The translations under genes and the position numbers were made by a program. From Halocafeteria seosinensis (Eukaryota), in contig LVLI01000231.1 in assembly GCA_001687465.1 (NCBI GenBank), forward strand, positions 124,001 to 188,000: a stretch of 64,000 bases of DNA, in the 5' to 3' direction. Shown piece after piece: positions 12,331-25,845 of the stretch. Each line of letters opens with the position of its first letter. The stretch's first letter is position 1. Under the pieces are notes generated by a model. That model saw only the letters and a list, made by a program, of their open reading frames with translations, did not search any database and was not told where the DNA came from.

Positions 12331-15300
12331 TTAGCGAGCCCCACCCCATTCTTCTCTGTTATCTTCCGCCTCAGAATCTTCCTGAAGGACGTCTCTAGTA
12401 TTCGGTGTTTCAAATTTCAGCTCGCGGCCCTTGGAAGCAGGAGTCTTGTCGAACTTCGTTGCCGACAATGGAGGGCGTCCATGGCTCGAAACATTCCAGA
12501 TAGGTGACGACGTCGGCCGACTTCTTCTCGCCGGGGACTCTGAACTCTTCGTGGCAACATTATTCTTCTCCCGACTCGAAGCGGATGGAGGAGGCCGAGC
12601 AGTCACACCTTTGCCACGAAGTTGCTCTATCCCAATTTGCTTCCTTCGGGAAGGCGTCCTGCTTGGCTTGGGTTTCTCCGCACCGTAGCCAGCGGTTGGA
12701 GATTTCGTCCCTATTGAACCGTCTAAGTACGATACGTGAAACTGGTCGTTCGCTCGATCTACTTTGGCAAAAAACTGCTCCTTCTCCCTCGCCTGCTCTG
12801 CTTGTCTTTCTTCGTCACGCTTGTACTGTTCAAAATCCCGCTCAGCAACGTTACTCACCACGCGGTCCAGCATATTCGAAATTTGCTCTATCATGTCTTT
12901 ACCGTAGGATTCTCTCTCTCTTACACGGCTCAACCGAAGCTTAATTTCATTGAATTCCCATTCCGTCAAACGTGGAGCTGTGTAATTCGATCTTACGGGG
13001 CCTTCTCGCGGTGAGACTGCGCCGGATAAGCCGTAGATCTCAGTCGCGTCCACAGGTAGTTCGTCTTTGTACTTGTGTATGAGCTTTTCTAGTTTACTTA
13101 TCTCGTTCCTGTACCTCCCATTCTCTTCCTGTATCTGTTTTAGCTGCTGGTAAAAGGCTCTCTCCTTCTTTGAAAGGTGCTTTCTTGAAGAGAGTGCCAT
13201 TGCAATACGAGAGATACGGTGGATCAAATGTTTTCCTCGCTTATGAAGCCACGACATTCGCTGTAATTTCTTCTCAAAATCCAAATTTAGGGAGTCCAAG
13301 TCCTTCTCTAATCTGTACACATGTTCCTGCAATCGTTCTGAACTCTTTTCCAAAAATTGTTCGCGACCCTCGCAATGGGCCTTGAAAGCACGAAGCTGGG
13401 GAATAACCTTACGCTGAAGATAGTCTGCTGCAAGAACTAAACGTTCCATAGGGTCTCGATCCTCCATTCGGATTATTTGATCGCTAATCTCTAGCGACGA
13501 AAACTGGGCCAGAACCTCTGAGAATGGTTGTAACTTGTTGATCTCATAATGTGAATTCGCCGAATTCGCAGCATCGAACGCGTGGTCTAGTGATGTACCG
13601 CATAAGGTTGGAGCCAACAACGGAGTAAGGGAGAAGTCAACTGGATACTCTTTTGAATCGTTCTCTTGGAACACCAGAATCTGATGAGACATCCTCGGGT
13701 CGCAGAGGGAGGCCGCTCCTGGTACCCCGTACATGCCATAATCTAGAGTGTGATAAGCGTTAAGTAACTCTTTCGGCATCTCCTGCTTAGGCTTCTCAGG
13801 GTCCAGTTGGGAATCCAGCCATGGAACCCACTCCGGTTCTACATATAGAGAACCGGTGGGATACATGATGTGAAAAGCGTCCCTCCTGTAAAAATCTTCC
13901 AGGAGATATGGTAACTGTATCGCAGATTCCCATACGAATGAACTGAAACAAAGACTGCTACTGGTATTCTCTTTAACACTACGATGCAACATTCTAGCAT
14001 CACCAATGTCCTCATAACCGCTGGCATCAAAAAGGATAAGGGAGTTACTTTGGCTATAATCCGTAGTCTCCGGAGGAGTGTCCTCCATCATCAATTCATC
14101 CATAGCGAGAAACGGCACCCAATCTGATCTAAGGAATCCATCCTCTCCTATATCCGGGAACGACCAAAACGGGACAATCATCAGATTTGTTTGGCACCCC
14201 AAACTGAGTAGCCTCCCACTTTGGAACAAGACAAACATGGCAGGGACAGCAATAACAGAACTACGAACGAGTTTAAGATCACAGGCATAGTCTCCTTTAG
14301 CCAATTGTGGCAAAGTAGGAACCACAGGGAGAGGTCCTTGTACACAAGCAAACGCTGGGTATTCTGTTTCTAATCCGAAGATGCTATCGCTAGGTGCTGG
14401 TACCCTTCTGCACCACGAGCTAGAATCGTTTTCATCCGGCTCAACAAATTCTTCATAGTATTCGAAACATAGGTCCAAGAATTCTCTAGACTTGCTAAAG
14501 TTAGACCTCAAATGCTGGTGTCTGGACTCCATCTCCTCCAAAGCACTAGCTAGCACCGCAAGTTCTTTAAGATGAAGAAGTGCATCGTACGGAAAATACG
14601 GGCATATTGTAAAAATCTCCGCGTTCTCGCACAGAATAAATATCGCCATTCTCTCCCAAGCTCGACGACATCCGAGGGAAAATCTCACTGGCGGTGTCGC
14701 CATATCTTTGCGACGCAACAAGAAAACTTGGGTCGGTCGTTCCAAATCCATGTGTATGCTGAAGCATCTTATACCATCTGTCGAAAGGACCACTATTTCC
14801 GTTTCACTCTCAGGGTGCCACTCTGCTTGAAGAATTGGATTGCGCTCATCTCCATATATGTCTTCACCCAAAAAGCTAACACTGCAGGTATCAGAAAGAA
14901 TAATCACCATCCTCTGGAGCAAACTACAGCCCAGGCCAAACGTACCTCGACAATGTTTTCCTCTCCAGCATTTGCTGTGCTGCCCTCTTCCCAAATTGCT
15001 CGTTATGAATATTTTCGAGGAAAGCAGACTCATTACGAAGGGCCTTCGGTAAATGAACAACAGCCAAGCCAATCCTGCTAGCAATCAGAAGCGAGTCCCC
15101 CACTCTGTTAAACGACATAGAGTGGGGCCGCTCTCCAATGGACATCGGTACTGGTGGTTCACACGCCACCGGAAATTCCTGACGGCCCTTGTCATTCATG
15201 CCCTTGGGGTTGTTCTTGCGTAGATACCTTGCATAGAGCTGGCAATAGTACTCAGACTCAGTTTCTTCCTCCTCATTCTCGTTTCCCTCCTCCGTGTCCA

Positions 15301-15430
15301 TCGAAACACAGGTGATGCCCATCGCTAAGCTCCACTGGTTGACAGCGCACTTTTGTACACGCTGTATGACTGCAGTATAAGACTCTTGGGGCATTGATAA
15401 GCCTCTATAACTCTCCTGTTCATCCTCCAT
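12331..15430 (-). CDS. NUP88: Nucleoporin Nup88/Nup82-like (beta-propeller plus C-terminal coiled coil); one intron about 14945-14876
   Basis: ILQAEWHPESETEIVVLSTD and WERMAIFILCENAEIFTICP resemble Nup88 propeller blades, and a C-terminal coiled coil follows. A GTACG..TAG intron joins the two overlapping ORFs. ATG at 15430. Confidence 0.7.
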
Positions 15431-15593
15431 GATACCTGGTCTTTTTGGTCTATTCCCTTCCAAATTAGGTGCTCTATGGCGTTTATATATGTATTATTTA
15501 CCTAATCCACGCTTTAGTGCATTATGATACTTGTGGCAAATGAAACAACCAACCGAATCAGCTCAGAAACACCACTTTAAACAAGAGATTTCA

Positions 15594-15621
15594 GCCATGG
15601 CCCATGGCCCATGGCCCATGG
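15594..15621. repeat. Four tandem 7-bp units (G/C)CCATGG
   Basis: gccatgg cccatgg cccatgg cccatgg; each unit contains the palindrome CCATGG. Confidence 0.9.
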
Positions 15622-15886
15622 ACCGGGCTTTGCTTGGTTCACAAGGGCTATCTCTCGTTTGAAGTTTTCAGGGGTGAGGGGTTTTCCCGGAGACTTTTCC
15701 GTACGGGAACCATGAATGTTGGTCACACACACACACACAAAATACAAAAAAGAAAAGAAAATGTAGATACTCTTAGAAGGCACGAATTACAACTACTGTA
15801 AGTCTGGACTAGTCCACGAAAAGTATGAGCATAGATTTTCGAAAATGCTCTGAAACGCTGCATTGATTGATTTTTGTTGTGGTGGT

Positions 15887-18241
15887 CTAATCGAATGCGG
15901 TATTACTGTGGGTTCGCTTGAAGTATGCTTTTGGACGGTGATCAAATAAGACCACAATCGCTGAGAATTGCATCTCCTTAACAAGATTCTCCGAACTAGT
16001 TAACTTGTCCACTTCTTTGAGTAATTCTTGGGCGGCAATCCTTGCGATGTTCCGCATTTGAGCATGTCGCACTTTTAGCTGATCGATGTTGCAGGCCCGA
16101 TCTACGGCATCAGGAACATCTGGCAACTCATGCCCATCCGACTCCAACCCACCTCCACACGCAGAGGTATACTGCCCGGCGGATCCAGCAGCACCCACGA
16201 AGACATGCATATCCTTTTCTTCGGGGGTAATCTCTTCTGATTCACCTGTATTTTCAGCGAAGGCTTCCACCCTCTTGCCTCTGCAATAGACGCTGTCACT
16301 TCCACCAAATGTACATTCTTTTATACAATTAGATACAATATTGACGGCTCCTTGAGATGATATGTATCTCCACACGCTTTCTGACGCCAAAAGAAGGAAT
16401 GCATCCGAAGGGTCTACTTTGAAGACGGACGCCTCCGGCTCCGCTATGGCACCAAGTCGCTGCGCTGGTTCGCAGCCAATCATGCGAGAAACGTTGAGCA
16501 AGAAAGGCAAGACACCGCTTAATTTCTCAACGTCATCATCACCCTTTTCTCCTTCTTCAGCTTGAAACGATCTGGTATTATCATATACAACATGGTCTCG
16601 CCTATATGGGCTTTCATGCTGTCTAACGCGTACTACCGATACTCCACCGAGACCTCCGTTTCCGGTCCATGAGCTCAGCCGTTTCCTCTCGTCCGGTCGC
16701 TCCGGAACTTGGTCGACAGTAAGAGGTATTGCCACCACGTTATCGAAGTGAGAAATCCACTGTTCATCTCTGCTTCGCTGTTCGCCACGAGCACCCTCTG
16801 CTGTAAATTCCATCTCGCGAGTAAACCTATCCTCATTCATAGCACAATCCTCAGGCATCGGAACTCCATTTTTCGAATCATCTCTAGGAAACCACAGAGC
16901 ATTAGCAATTTTAAAAGGCAACTCAGGAAACTGCGGGTATGCTGTTAAAATATCTTCATTGGAAAAGTCTCCATGGTTGATGTGATGATATGTACGCGAC
17001 CTCCCCATGACCGCCCGATGTGCCCCAACATTGGCGAGAGCTATCCAATCATGCATCTTCAATGCAAAACAACCCGTTACACCATTAGTCTCCGAGCCGG
17101 CATAGGGTGAATGAATTATTGCGTGATGGAGAGCCCTTGTAGCACCCCTAAGTGAAGCTGTCATCACGTTTTGCATTCTCTGGGTCTTCCGTTCCTCCTT
17201 GCTCCCGAAGACGTAAGCCGATGAAGTTGACCGCCTTAAAGTCTGCTGCGCCTCTTTAGTCTGCAGTCTCTTCCACGCATCGTGGATCAGGTAAGGAACA
17301 AGTGTGGCGCAATAGTGTGCGATGGGACTTCCGTCCGACCCATATCCTTGCAAAATCCCAAATATGCTGTTGTAAAGTGATCCGTTAAAGCGATTGACAT
17401 TAACTGTACGCAAACTACCTTTGGCCCCTTTCTTAGTGTTGACCTCAGAAACAGACCCTAAGAACTTGTCTTTATAAGATTTAGATGTAGTCCGCAGCGT
17501 CGAGGTAGTTCCTGTTGTCCTTTCATAACACTCAGAAGAGAACGCAAAGGCAAAACCGAACCTGAAATATAAGATAGTGAAAATTTGGTCAGATCGTGTA
17601 TCCGTGCACACTAAATGTACCACTTACCAACCCCTCGTTGGCCTAGCGAGAGTTGATTCTGCAACACGGAGATACTCTACTTTGCCACTCTTTATCGCCG
17701 CCAACCGTTCCTTTATAGGCAATCTTCTCAACGTTTCTAGGTCACCACTATCTGTCATTGCCTGCTCGTAACTTTGTGGCTCCCGCTGGTCCTTCCCAGT
17801 CTCTCGTTTCTTCCGTCGGCGACGTTTCTTCAAGCGCTTCTTCTTCCCAGCTGGAGGCTCAGGAGATGCCGATTTACTCCGACTTACATGGGATCCACCC
17901 CCAGTAGCGACCATTTGCTTAGATTCCGACACTCCATGCAACCCCTTAAGCTGCGAACTGGAACTGGCACTGCGAGCCAGTTGCGACTGACTGCGTTGAG
18001 AAGTCTGCTTACGCAGAGGGTATTTAAGTTCGCTCTGAGAGGAAGCGTGTGGGATTAACCGTGGGAGTTTCCCCGAAAGAGATTTTTCAAGATGCTCCTT
18101 TTCATACTTTTCTGCTTTTTCATAGCCTTCTCGATAAGGCTTTAGACGGTCGTTTTCGAATATGGCGCGAACGTCCTCGTGGAAGTCTAGCTTGAAGTCG
18201 TCAACGTCTTTGTTGACCTTATTGTCGTCCGTCAGCTCCAT
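15887..18241 (-). CDS. PP2C/PPM-fold protein with degenerate metal-binding motifs (probable pseudophosphatase); intron 17627-17562
   Basis: FGILQGYG, ANVGAHRAV, LTVDQVPERPDERKRL, LNVSRMIG, FLLLASESVW occur in PP2C motif order. Basic N-terminal exon contains a KKKRLKKRRRRKKR NLS-like run. Confidence 0.8.
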
Positions 18242-18610
18242 TCTACCCTCCTCGATAAAGTGTTATCAATATCTATATACAATGCTATCACATTCGTGGA
18301 CCAGTGAGTTCAACAGTCTTGACGGACAGTGACGCATTGGCTCGGTTGCGCTGTCGCACAGCAAAACTTCACACCGCGTAACGCGTCCGGTCGCAGAGGC
18401 CCCTGAAGTCAGAAAGGAAAGCTCGCTGTGCTCAATATCCGGTACTTCCAAATGCGAATGACGAAAATGTATATGGTTATCAATGAGAAGACAATCTACG
18501 TCTTGAGGCATGCGGCCTACAACGGGCGTACCCACGTAGCAGAATGTTGTACGAGAACTCAGTAGGCGTGAAAATGCGAACCACTGATGTGGATGTTCAT
18601 ATTCTTCAAA

Positions 18611-19779
18611 TCACTCATCCTTCTTTGAACTCAATTTCTTGAAGTATTTCTTCCTCAATTTCAAATGCATCGAGATGAGCATTGAACGTAACAACCACGT
18701 TGGCGCAGTCCGTATAACCCAGTCCTGGATGCGGTGGGGCAAGTATGGCACAGTCACGGATGCATATCCAATGTTCTTGACGGCACTCTGAGCCCAGGTT
18801 TCAGGATTAGGTGTAAACAGCGATGCGTGTTTCATCTTGGAGAGTTTAGTAGTGACAAAGTACGGAATTTGGCACTGCACATGCACTCCAAACTGCTTCA
18901 ATTCAGTGTAGAGAGAGCGTGCAAGAAAGTCCTGCAACCCAAAGCACGAGTACGCAAAAGCAAGATTCGGATTCTTTGTAGCAATGCTGAGAGTAACCGT
19001 CGTGTACTTACGACATAAGCTTTAGAAGCAGAGTACTGCGCGTAAAGCGGATTACCAATGGGTATCCGTCCAGCAGCAGAGGAGATATTAATGATTGCCC
19101 CTCGTCCCTTTTCCACCATACCCTTCACCACTATTCGGGTCATATGGGTGGCAGCCGACACATTGAGCCGAATCATTCGGTCGAAAATGTCCTTCGTTTC
19201 TTCAAGGTCTTCCAACTCATGATAGAAGAGTGCGCTGGGATAGCTGCAGCCCACATTGTTGATCAAGACTCCAATGTCTAGTCCCTTCAACTTCCTGGCA
19301 ATGTTGTTATAGAGTTCCGGATCTTGTTCGGGGTACGTGTTAAAGTCAGCAACGACGATTTTAGTGTTTACTTTCGGACAAGCCTTGGAAATTTCCGCCG
19401 CGGTATCTCGTAGCCTCTGCGATGCTTCGAAACACACGCTCCCAACGGCAACAAGGTCCACTTTCCAAGCAAACTAACTATACCATACCTCTTCATTCCG
19501 TGCAATGAGAACAATATTGAGCCCACGTTTGGCAAGTTCCATTGCGTAAGCTTTGCCAATGCCGTCCGTCGCTCCCGTGACGACGCCATATTCTCCCATT
19601 TGCCGTAAGTTTACCGGGGTCAAGAACCTATGAATGCAACGGAAGAGGCGCATGATGCGCCCAGACAGCCATATGGCCAAACAGGCGGCTCCAAGAAGCA
19701 TGAATAAGACTGCTTCAGTGGTATGCATGGCATCCCTGGGGACGATGGATGTCCACCAGGGGTCACTACTCATTGTCAT
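18611..19779 (-). CDS. KCR: Very-long-chain 3-oxoacyl-CoA reductase (KCR/HSD17B12-like SDR); introns 19488-19417 and 19011-18932
   Basis: N-terminal TM segment, [36 protein letters not shown]-terminal KKDE dilysine signal. Confidence 0.9.
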
Positions 19780-20717
19780 TCTCCTCTGGGTGCGCAGTCG
19801 ATTGAAAAGAAGAACATATACTCGGAGTTATCTCCAAAAGAAAACTAGCGTTCGTATCAAAACATGAGCATTCTCTTAACGATGTGGTTACAGTGAACTT
19901 CACTACCACCAAGTTTGCCAGCCTGAAGTTCCAGGGAAGTTCCAGCACAGTAACTACAACTGCAACCGGATTCCGAAGAAGACAAAAAGAAAAGAAATCA
20001 CGAGGTTTGGTGCTAGGGCGAGTTTTGGAACCATACGACTGATACGATACGGGATGATCCACATGGTTCATGATGATGAATTAACATAGTGACGTACTGG
20101 TACAAGTAGTACCCACTACAATTGTAGCCACAGCCCCCAATAAGCATCCCGGCAATACGTGTATGAATTAATTTGGATAAAAATCCTCTAATAAATTAAG
20201 TGTCGATAAGGATAGAACTCACCATTCAGTACCTTAGGTGTTTTCCCGGGGAACTTTCCAGATTCAATTTCCTGGATTCCTGAGTATCCAGTTGACGGTC
20301 AGCGAATGAAAATCCAAAAGGTGTTTTCCGTACGAGGCCACCTATTCCCAAAGTTATTCAACTATTGTACGGAGAATGCGCTCTCTGTATCAAATGAAAT
20401 AGGGAGTATATCTGAACTGATCCGATCAACAGACTTCATTCATTGCCACACCGCTCTCCGCCGTCATACTACCTGTTTATCTCCTTCTGAATTAAATCAG
20501 TCATAATATTCAATAGTTCACTATCTGTTGCATCGTCTGGGACAATGTATCCTTAAGACTTCCAGAACTTCCAGCGAAGAAAACTTCACAACGACAAGTA
20601 TGCAATTGCTTGGTTCCCGATTGGTTTTGTCTATGTGTTTCGATCAAACAGTACCATTTTGCTTGGCCAAGATTAAATTTTTTGATTTTATCATATTGTA
20701 CTGAGTAGAAGAAGATA

Positions 20718-22565
20718 ATGAGCGAACATCAACGAGCAGCCCATCGTAATGTTAGTGCTGATGGAGGCAACACGGAAGGGCAAGGCCCTTCTCCTCAACA
20801 TTATCACCATGAGCGTCAATCCAGTCGTGGGAGTCATGAAGAGCGTTCGTCAGCGTCCAATAATTCCCAAGAGGATGACGATGAAGGTGAAATCATCACG
20901 GGAACTCCTGGAGGAGGCTTCCGAAACAGCCCTTCAATGACCGACTTGGCTGAGCTAGTCTCCGAGAAACAGTATTTACAGGCTTTAAACAAGGAAACGA
21001 AAGGCTTTAAACAGATTCCGGTGGCGCGTTCTCGTACGCTACCGTCGAGTACAGTTCACTCCGTCCGGGGAGAAGGTGGACCTCAGAGTAGAGAGAATTC
21101 AGGGGACGTGGGATTAAACTTGCAAGGCAGTGATGCCGGATTACCGGAAGCTGGAGCTAATTATTACTATAACACAGAGCATTCGCGCTCCAATGCCCCC
21201 TTCGCAGAAGAACAGGGAACGGGAAGAATACAGCAGCAGTACCGTGCCACCTATGGATCGACTACAACCACCAAACAGGGAGTTGAGCCCCCGGGTATGT
21301 TGCAACTGTCTTCCAGTCTTGTCCGACAGGGTGTCTCAGCTATAGTGGATGATTCCTTCACTCGATGTTTTGTTTCTTCATCTCCTGAGCCTTGGAACTG
21401 GAACGTCTATCTCTTTCCTGCGTGGGTACTAGGAGTGCTAATGAGGTACCTGGTGCTGTTTCCTTTACGCTTGTTTGCGCTCCTTCTTGGTTGGCTTATC
21501 ATGCTCCCTCTGCTCTTCCTAATTAAACTTCATCGTCCTCTACTGGGACAAAGCATTTCTACTTATTTGGAAACGAAGTTGATTCAGTTCGTTTGCTCAG
21601 TGTTCGTTATGAGCTGGTCAGGTGTGATAAAGTTTCATGGAACAAGACCTACCCAGAAAGTGAAGCGCGATGGAAGTAAAACGCTTCCTGGAGTATTCGT
21701 CGCCAATCATAGCAGCATGATTGACTTCATTATTTTGCAACAATCGTATCCGTACGCAGTAGTTGGTCAAAAGCATCCAGGATGGGTGGGATTTTGCCAA
21801 GAGTACCTTCTCGGGTGTCTAGATCCAATCTGGTTTCACAGGGGACAGACCAAGAATCGGAAAATTGTAGCCGAGTTGCTACAAAAACACGCGCATGACG
21901 CAGATAAGACGCCACTATTGGTATTCCCTGAAGGAACATGCGTTAACAATGAATATGTTGTACAATTTAAGCAGGCAGTGTTTGATCTCGGAGTGCCTAT
22001 TAATCCAATTGCTATAAAGTATAACAAAGTAAGTCGGCTTTGAGCGAGTGTATGCGTTGTCTTAGTCCCTATATCTACTGTTTCGGCGCGATGCAGACAT
22101 TCGTGGATGCGTACTGGAACAGTAGAGCACAGAGCTTTGCGGGCCATCTCTTCCAGTTAATGACTTCCTGGGCAGTCGTCTGCGACGTTTGGTATCTAGA
22201 TCCGATGACAAAACGATCTAACGAGAATGCTTCACAGTTTGCAAAGCGAGTGCAAAACGCGATAGGTACGTGCAGTTTTCTATATCCGAACCGTCTAACG
22301 CAATCACATCGTCCGGGTGCATTGCGCAGCTCGGAGAGCCGGCTTAAAGCCGGTCGACTGGGATGGATACATGAAATACTGGAAACCAAGTGAACGATTT
22401 ATAAAAGCTCGCCAGCTTCAAGTTGCCGATGAGCTTCGGGAAGTATACGACATTCCATGCCCTCCTGAGGGGTATATCAAGCATGATGAGGCTTACAATA
22501 TTGCGCGAGAAAGTACCAAAGATAAGAACGACAAGCAGTCGGTCTTACGCCATCGGCACAAGTAA
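20718..22565 (+). CDS. GPAT9: ER glycerol-3-phosphate acyltransferase GPAT9/GPAT3-4 type; introns about 22029-22096 and 22266-22329
   Basis: IVDDSFTRCF, PWNWNVYLFPAW, FVANHSSMIDF (HxxxxD), FPEGTCVNN, MTSWAVVCDVWYL, WDGYMKY. Confidence 0.92.
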
Positions 22566-22616
22566 CTTTATCAACGTTGTTGAATACCTCATGTAAATGG
22601 AACATAAGGTCTCCTC

Positions 22617-25494
22617 TCACGCACTGCCTTCGTGCTCATCGTCCTCCTTTGGGGAAGCCGCATCATCCATCGAAACCCTTTGTTCGGTTGTACCTTTTTC
22701 GGTTTCGCCCTTTCGTCCAGAGCCCTCATCCGTTGCACCCGTTTCTGCGCCGCTTTCCCCCGTTTCGCACTGATCACCGACATCCGAGCTAGGTGCATCT
22801 GTGGCCATAGCAGATTCTCCGCCACCCTCCGCAAGATTAGTATTATCATTGGACTCACCACCGTCGGCATTCGGTATATCATACTGGGAAGGAGCCGACG
22901 ACGGAGTGTTAAGTTCTTCTGTCCCTTCTGTTTCGTCTTCACCTTCGGCCGGTGCAGACTTAACACTGGCAGAGGACCGTGACCCCGTCGAACGGTTCTG
23001 ATAGTCTCGAATGAACCCATTTACCGTGTCATGCAGCGCAGATACTTTCTCAGGAGTAAGTTTAACGAACATACAGTATTTTTCTAGCAATGTGCGTATC
23101 GACACCGGGGGTACACCAAAAATGACCATGTTGTAGGCGAAGAAGCCTAGCTGTCCGGCACTCACATCGACAGTCATATCACCCTCAGGAGAGCCTATAC
23201 TCGTTTTCTCAGAGGAAGACGGATCGCGCACGGTGGCATGTGATCCTTCGGGCCCCTGATCGTATTTCTCAGCCTTTGACATTTCATTCCCAAGAGAATC
23301 AAACAGCGCACCTTCCCAAAAGTTTAAATCCTGCCAAATCCTATGCTTAGCGACCTTTTCCTTAAGATACAATCGGTTCTCTACGTCTACATCAGGGGCA
23401 CTACTGCTATCTTGTTCCAGTTCAGAGATCCATTGAGAGCTAGATCGCAGAGTGTAGAATGTTTGGCAGATGATCATAAAGCTCCGAATGGAGTTGTAGT
23501 CCCTTGCACCTTCCGCTCGGTCCAGTGCCAGCATTATAAGTGATACTAACACATCGAAACTTGAATGATCAACTACTAATCTTCCCGTCCCGCGCCGTGA
23601 ATCCAGAGCTGTCACTAATCTTTCCACGCCGTCTTTGGAGTTTCTAATTACTTCCCTTGAAGCTCGTAACAAATTTGAATGGTTCCCATCTCCTCGTGGA
23701 GAATAAGCCAACTCTTTCAAGAACCGGTTGCCCTTGGACTTATCCACTGCAGGAAGCAGTCTAACGCCAGTGAAGGCGTTACTCGTTGACAAGTCGGGAT
23801 CCATCTTCTTTTGCAATCTGTCCACGATTTGCGAATTAGTAAGCGTTTTTTTGGCTAAATCTACAACAACTTTAGTAGCCTCTTTAGGAGCACTAACAAA
23901 GTTGACAATGTCACTCTCTTCATCCAAAAACAGAACAGAAATGAGACCCTCTAGAGGGCCTGGAGTAGGTAGGACTGTCTTAGCATTGTGGCGCACAGGT
24001 TTGGGGGTGATGGGCTTAACGTTTTCAAGGGAGGCTGCCCTAGATGCTCGACGGCTACTTTGGCTCGATTGAGCAGAGGCGGCAACAGTAACTTGTCGAT
24101 AGAGTCGTTCAGCGGCATCCTCGGTTGCCTTCTCCATATCTTCCAATGTACCGGCAAGACATTGCACGTCGTACTGTAAGTTCGCGAGGAGACTACTTTC
24201 GTATACAACAAATTTTCGAGAAGCAGACGCAATCTCTTTTTGCCGGCAAGTCTCGGCCCTTTGCATTGAGGACATTATGTTACAAAGTGTTGTTTCAAAC
24301 TCCTCGACTGCGGTATCATACTCTTCCCAGGCATCTTCACATTCTTTCTGAGCACTTTTCATTTGGGACACTGCTCTTGATGCATGCTGTCTCAATTGCC
24401 CTAACCTATCGGTAGACGGTGCACTAAAGAAATCCTTGATGCCATCCACCAGTTTACTCGAACTTCTGTCGATGTTTCTCGAATTGTGCCCTGAAGCCGC
24501 CGCTCTAGCAGCCGTAAGGTCCATTGCAGCGCTACTTAGCTTCGATTTAGAAGGAGAGCTGCTACTTCCTTCGTAAAATGGACTACTACCATTTGCATCC
24601 CCGGCACTAACTCTCTTCGGAGCTCCCCAGCGGCCCGTATGCTTGGGTGGGTACCATGGAGGGGGCACCTTCGTGTTTGCAGTACTCGCAGCCTCCAGCG
24701 CTTTCTGTCTAGCATTCCTGTATTTATGGTATGCTTTTTCACATTTCTCACCCGCTGATCGCACAGCCTTTGTAACCCTCTTTCCTTCGTTCAGCTGAAA
24801 AAGCAACAGTTTAACTTGCCAAAACAGGACAATGCAATTAAACGTTACTCGAACACTCACCGTGCTACTGAGCCCCGAAGAGCGCTGTTTCCATTTCTCC
24901 AACGGGCCGACAACATCCTCCAAAATGTGATTAGCAAGATTCTGATGTTGGTTGGCTTTGTTTTGCATATCCCCGCATACTTGATCAAGTGCGTTGCGGA
25001 ATTCAGGAATTTCATCAGCTCCCAGTTCTGAAGCTGCTAATTTATTTTTGATATGTTTCGCAAACGCTGATTCAGCATTCGCCTTTTCTCTCATAAATTT
25101 TATAAATTTATCAGCAGCACGTTCCCCTTGCACTACCTGATTCATGGGCATAAAGACTTGATGAGATGGAAGGGTCTACTTCAGGACTGGCAAACACACG
25201 AACCTGCTCTTTCAGCACCTCAAAATTCCGTCGAAGTGGATTTGCTTCGATAGGTGCTATAACATCTTCAGGATCCGGGAGCGGTGGCGGAGCGACATAA
25301 GAGCTCTTTGGAGCTACACTAGCAAATTGCGGGGATTGCTTGGGGTCCTTTTCCGGCACAGCAGCTGTTTTGGCAGAGCCAGCAGATCCAAATGCAGAGG
25401 TCGAACTCCGTTTGGCACCATTCTCAGCACTGGTACTCCGTGTGGAATCTGTCGAAGTGCTCTTTACTTGTGTAGAGGACGTAGAATCTGCCAT
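22617..25494 (-). CDS. F-BAR domain protein with C-terminal SBF-like helical domain; introns 25203-25137 and probably in-frame 24860-24795
   Basis: FMREKANAESAFAK..HQNLANHILEDVVGPL helical FCH/F-BAR pattern. YLKEKVAKHRIWQDLNFWEGALFD resembles the SBF1/SBF2 domain. Confidence 0.65.
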
Positions 25495-25845
25495 CTCGGT
25501 AAGCTGTATGGTATTTTCAAGAGCTACACTGGGCTTTCCAACTCCAAATAGTGCAAAACCAAGTAAACGCACAGAATTACGAGGGTCAATCGCGTTTCGC
25601 CTATATCTCCAAAAACTGTGCAATGTCTTACCATCGACCCAATACGAGCATTAAATAAACACACTCTCTGGGGAAGACTGCAAGCTGCCAGGAATGATTG
25701 CTGTGTTTCTGCAGACGAAGTATGGCATTTCCACCAGTCTACCCTATACCGTATACGGATGTTTTCTTCATGATAATGATCTCTGCTTCATAAAGAGATA
25801 TTTTCATTCCTTCAGCGGGTGCCTTTGACACTAACACTAACGAGA

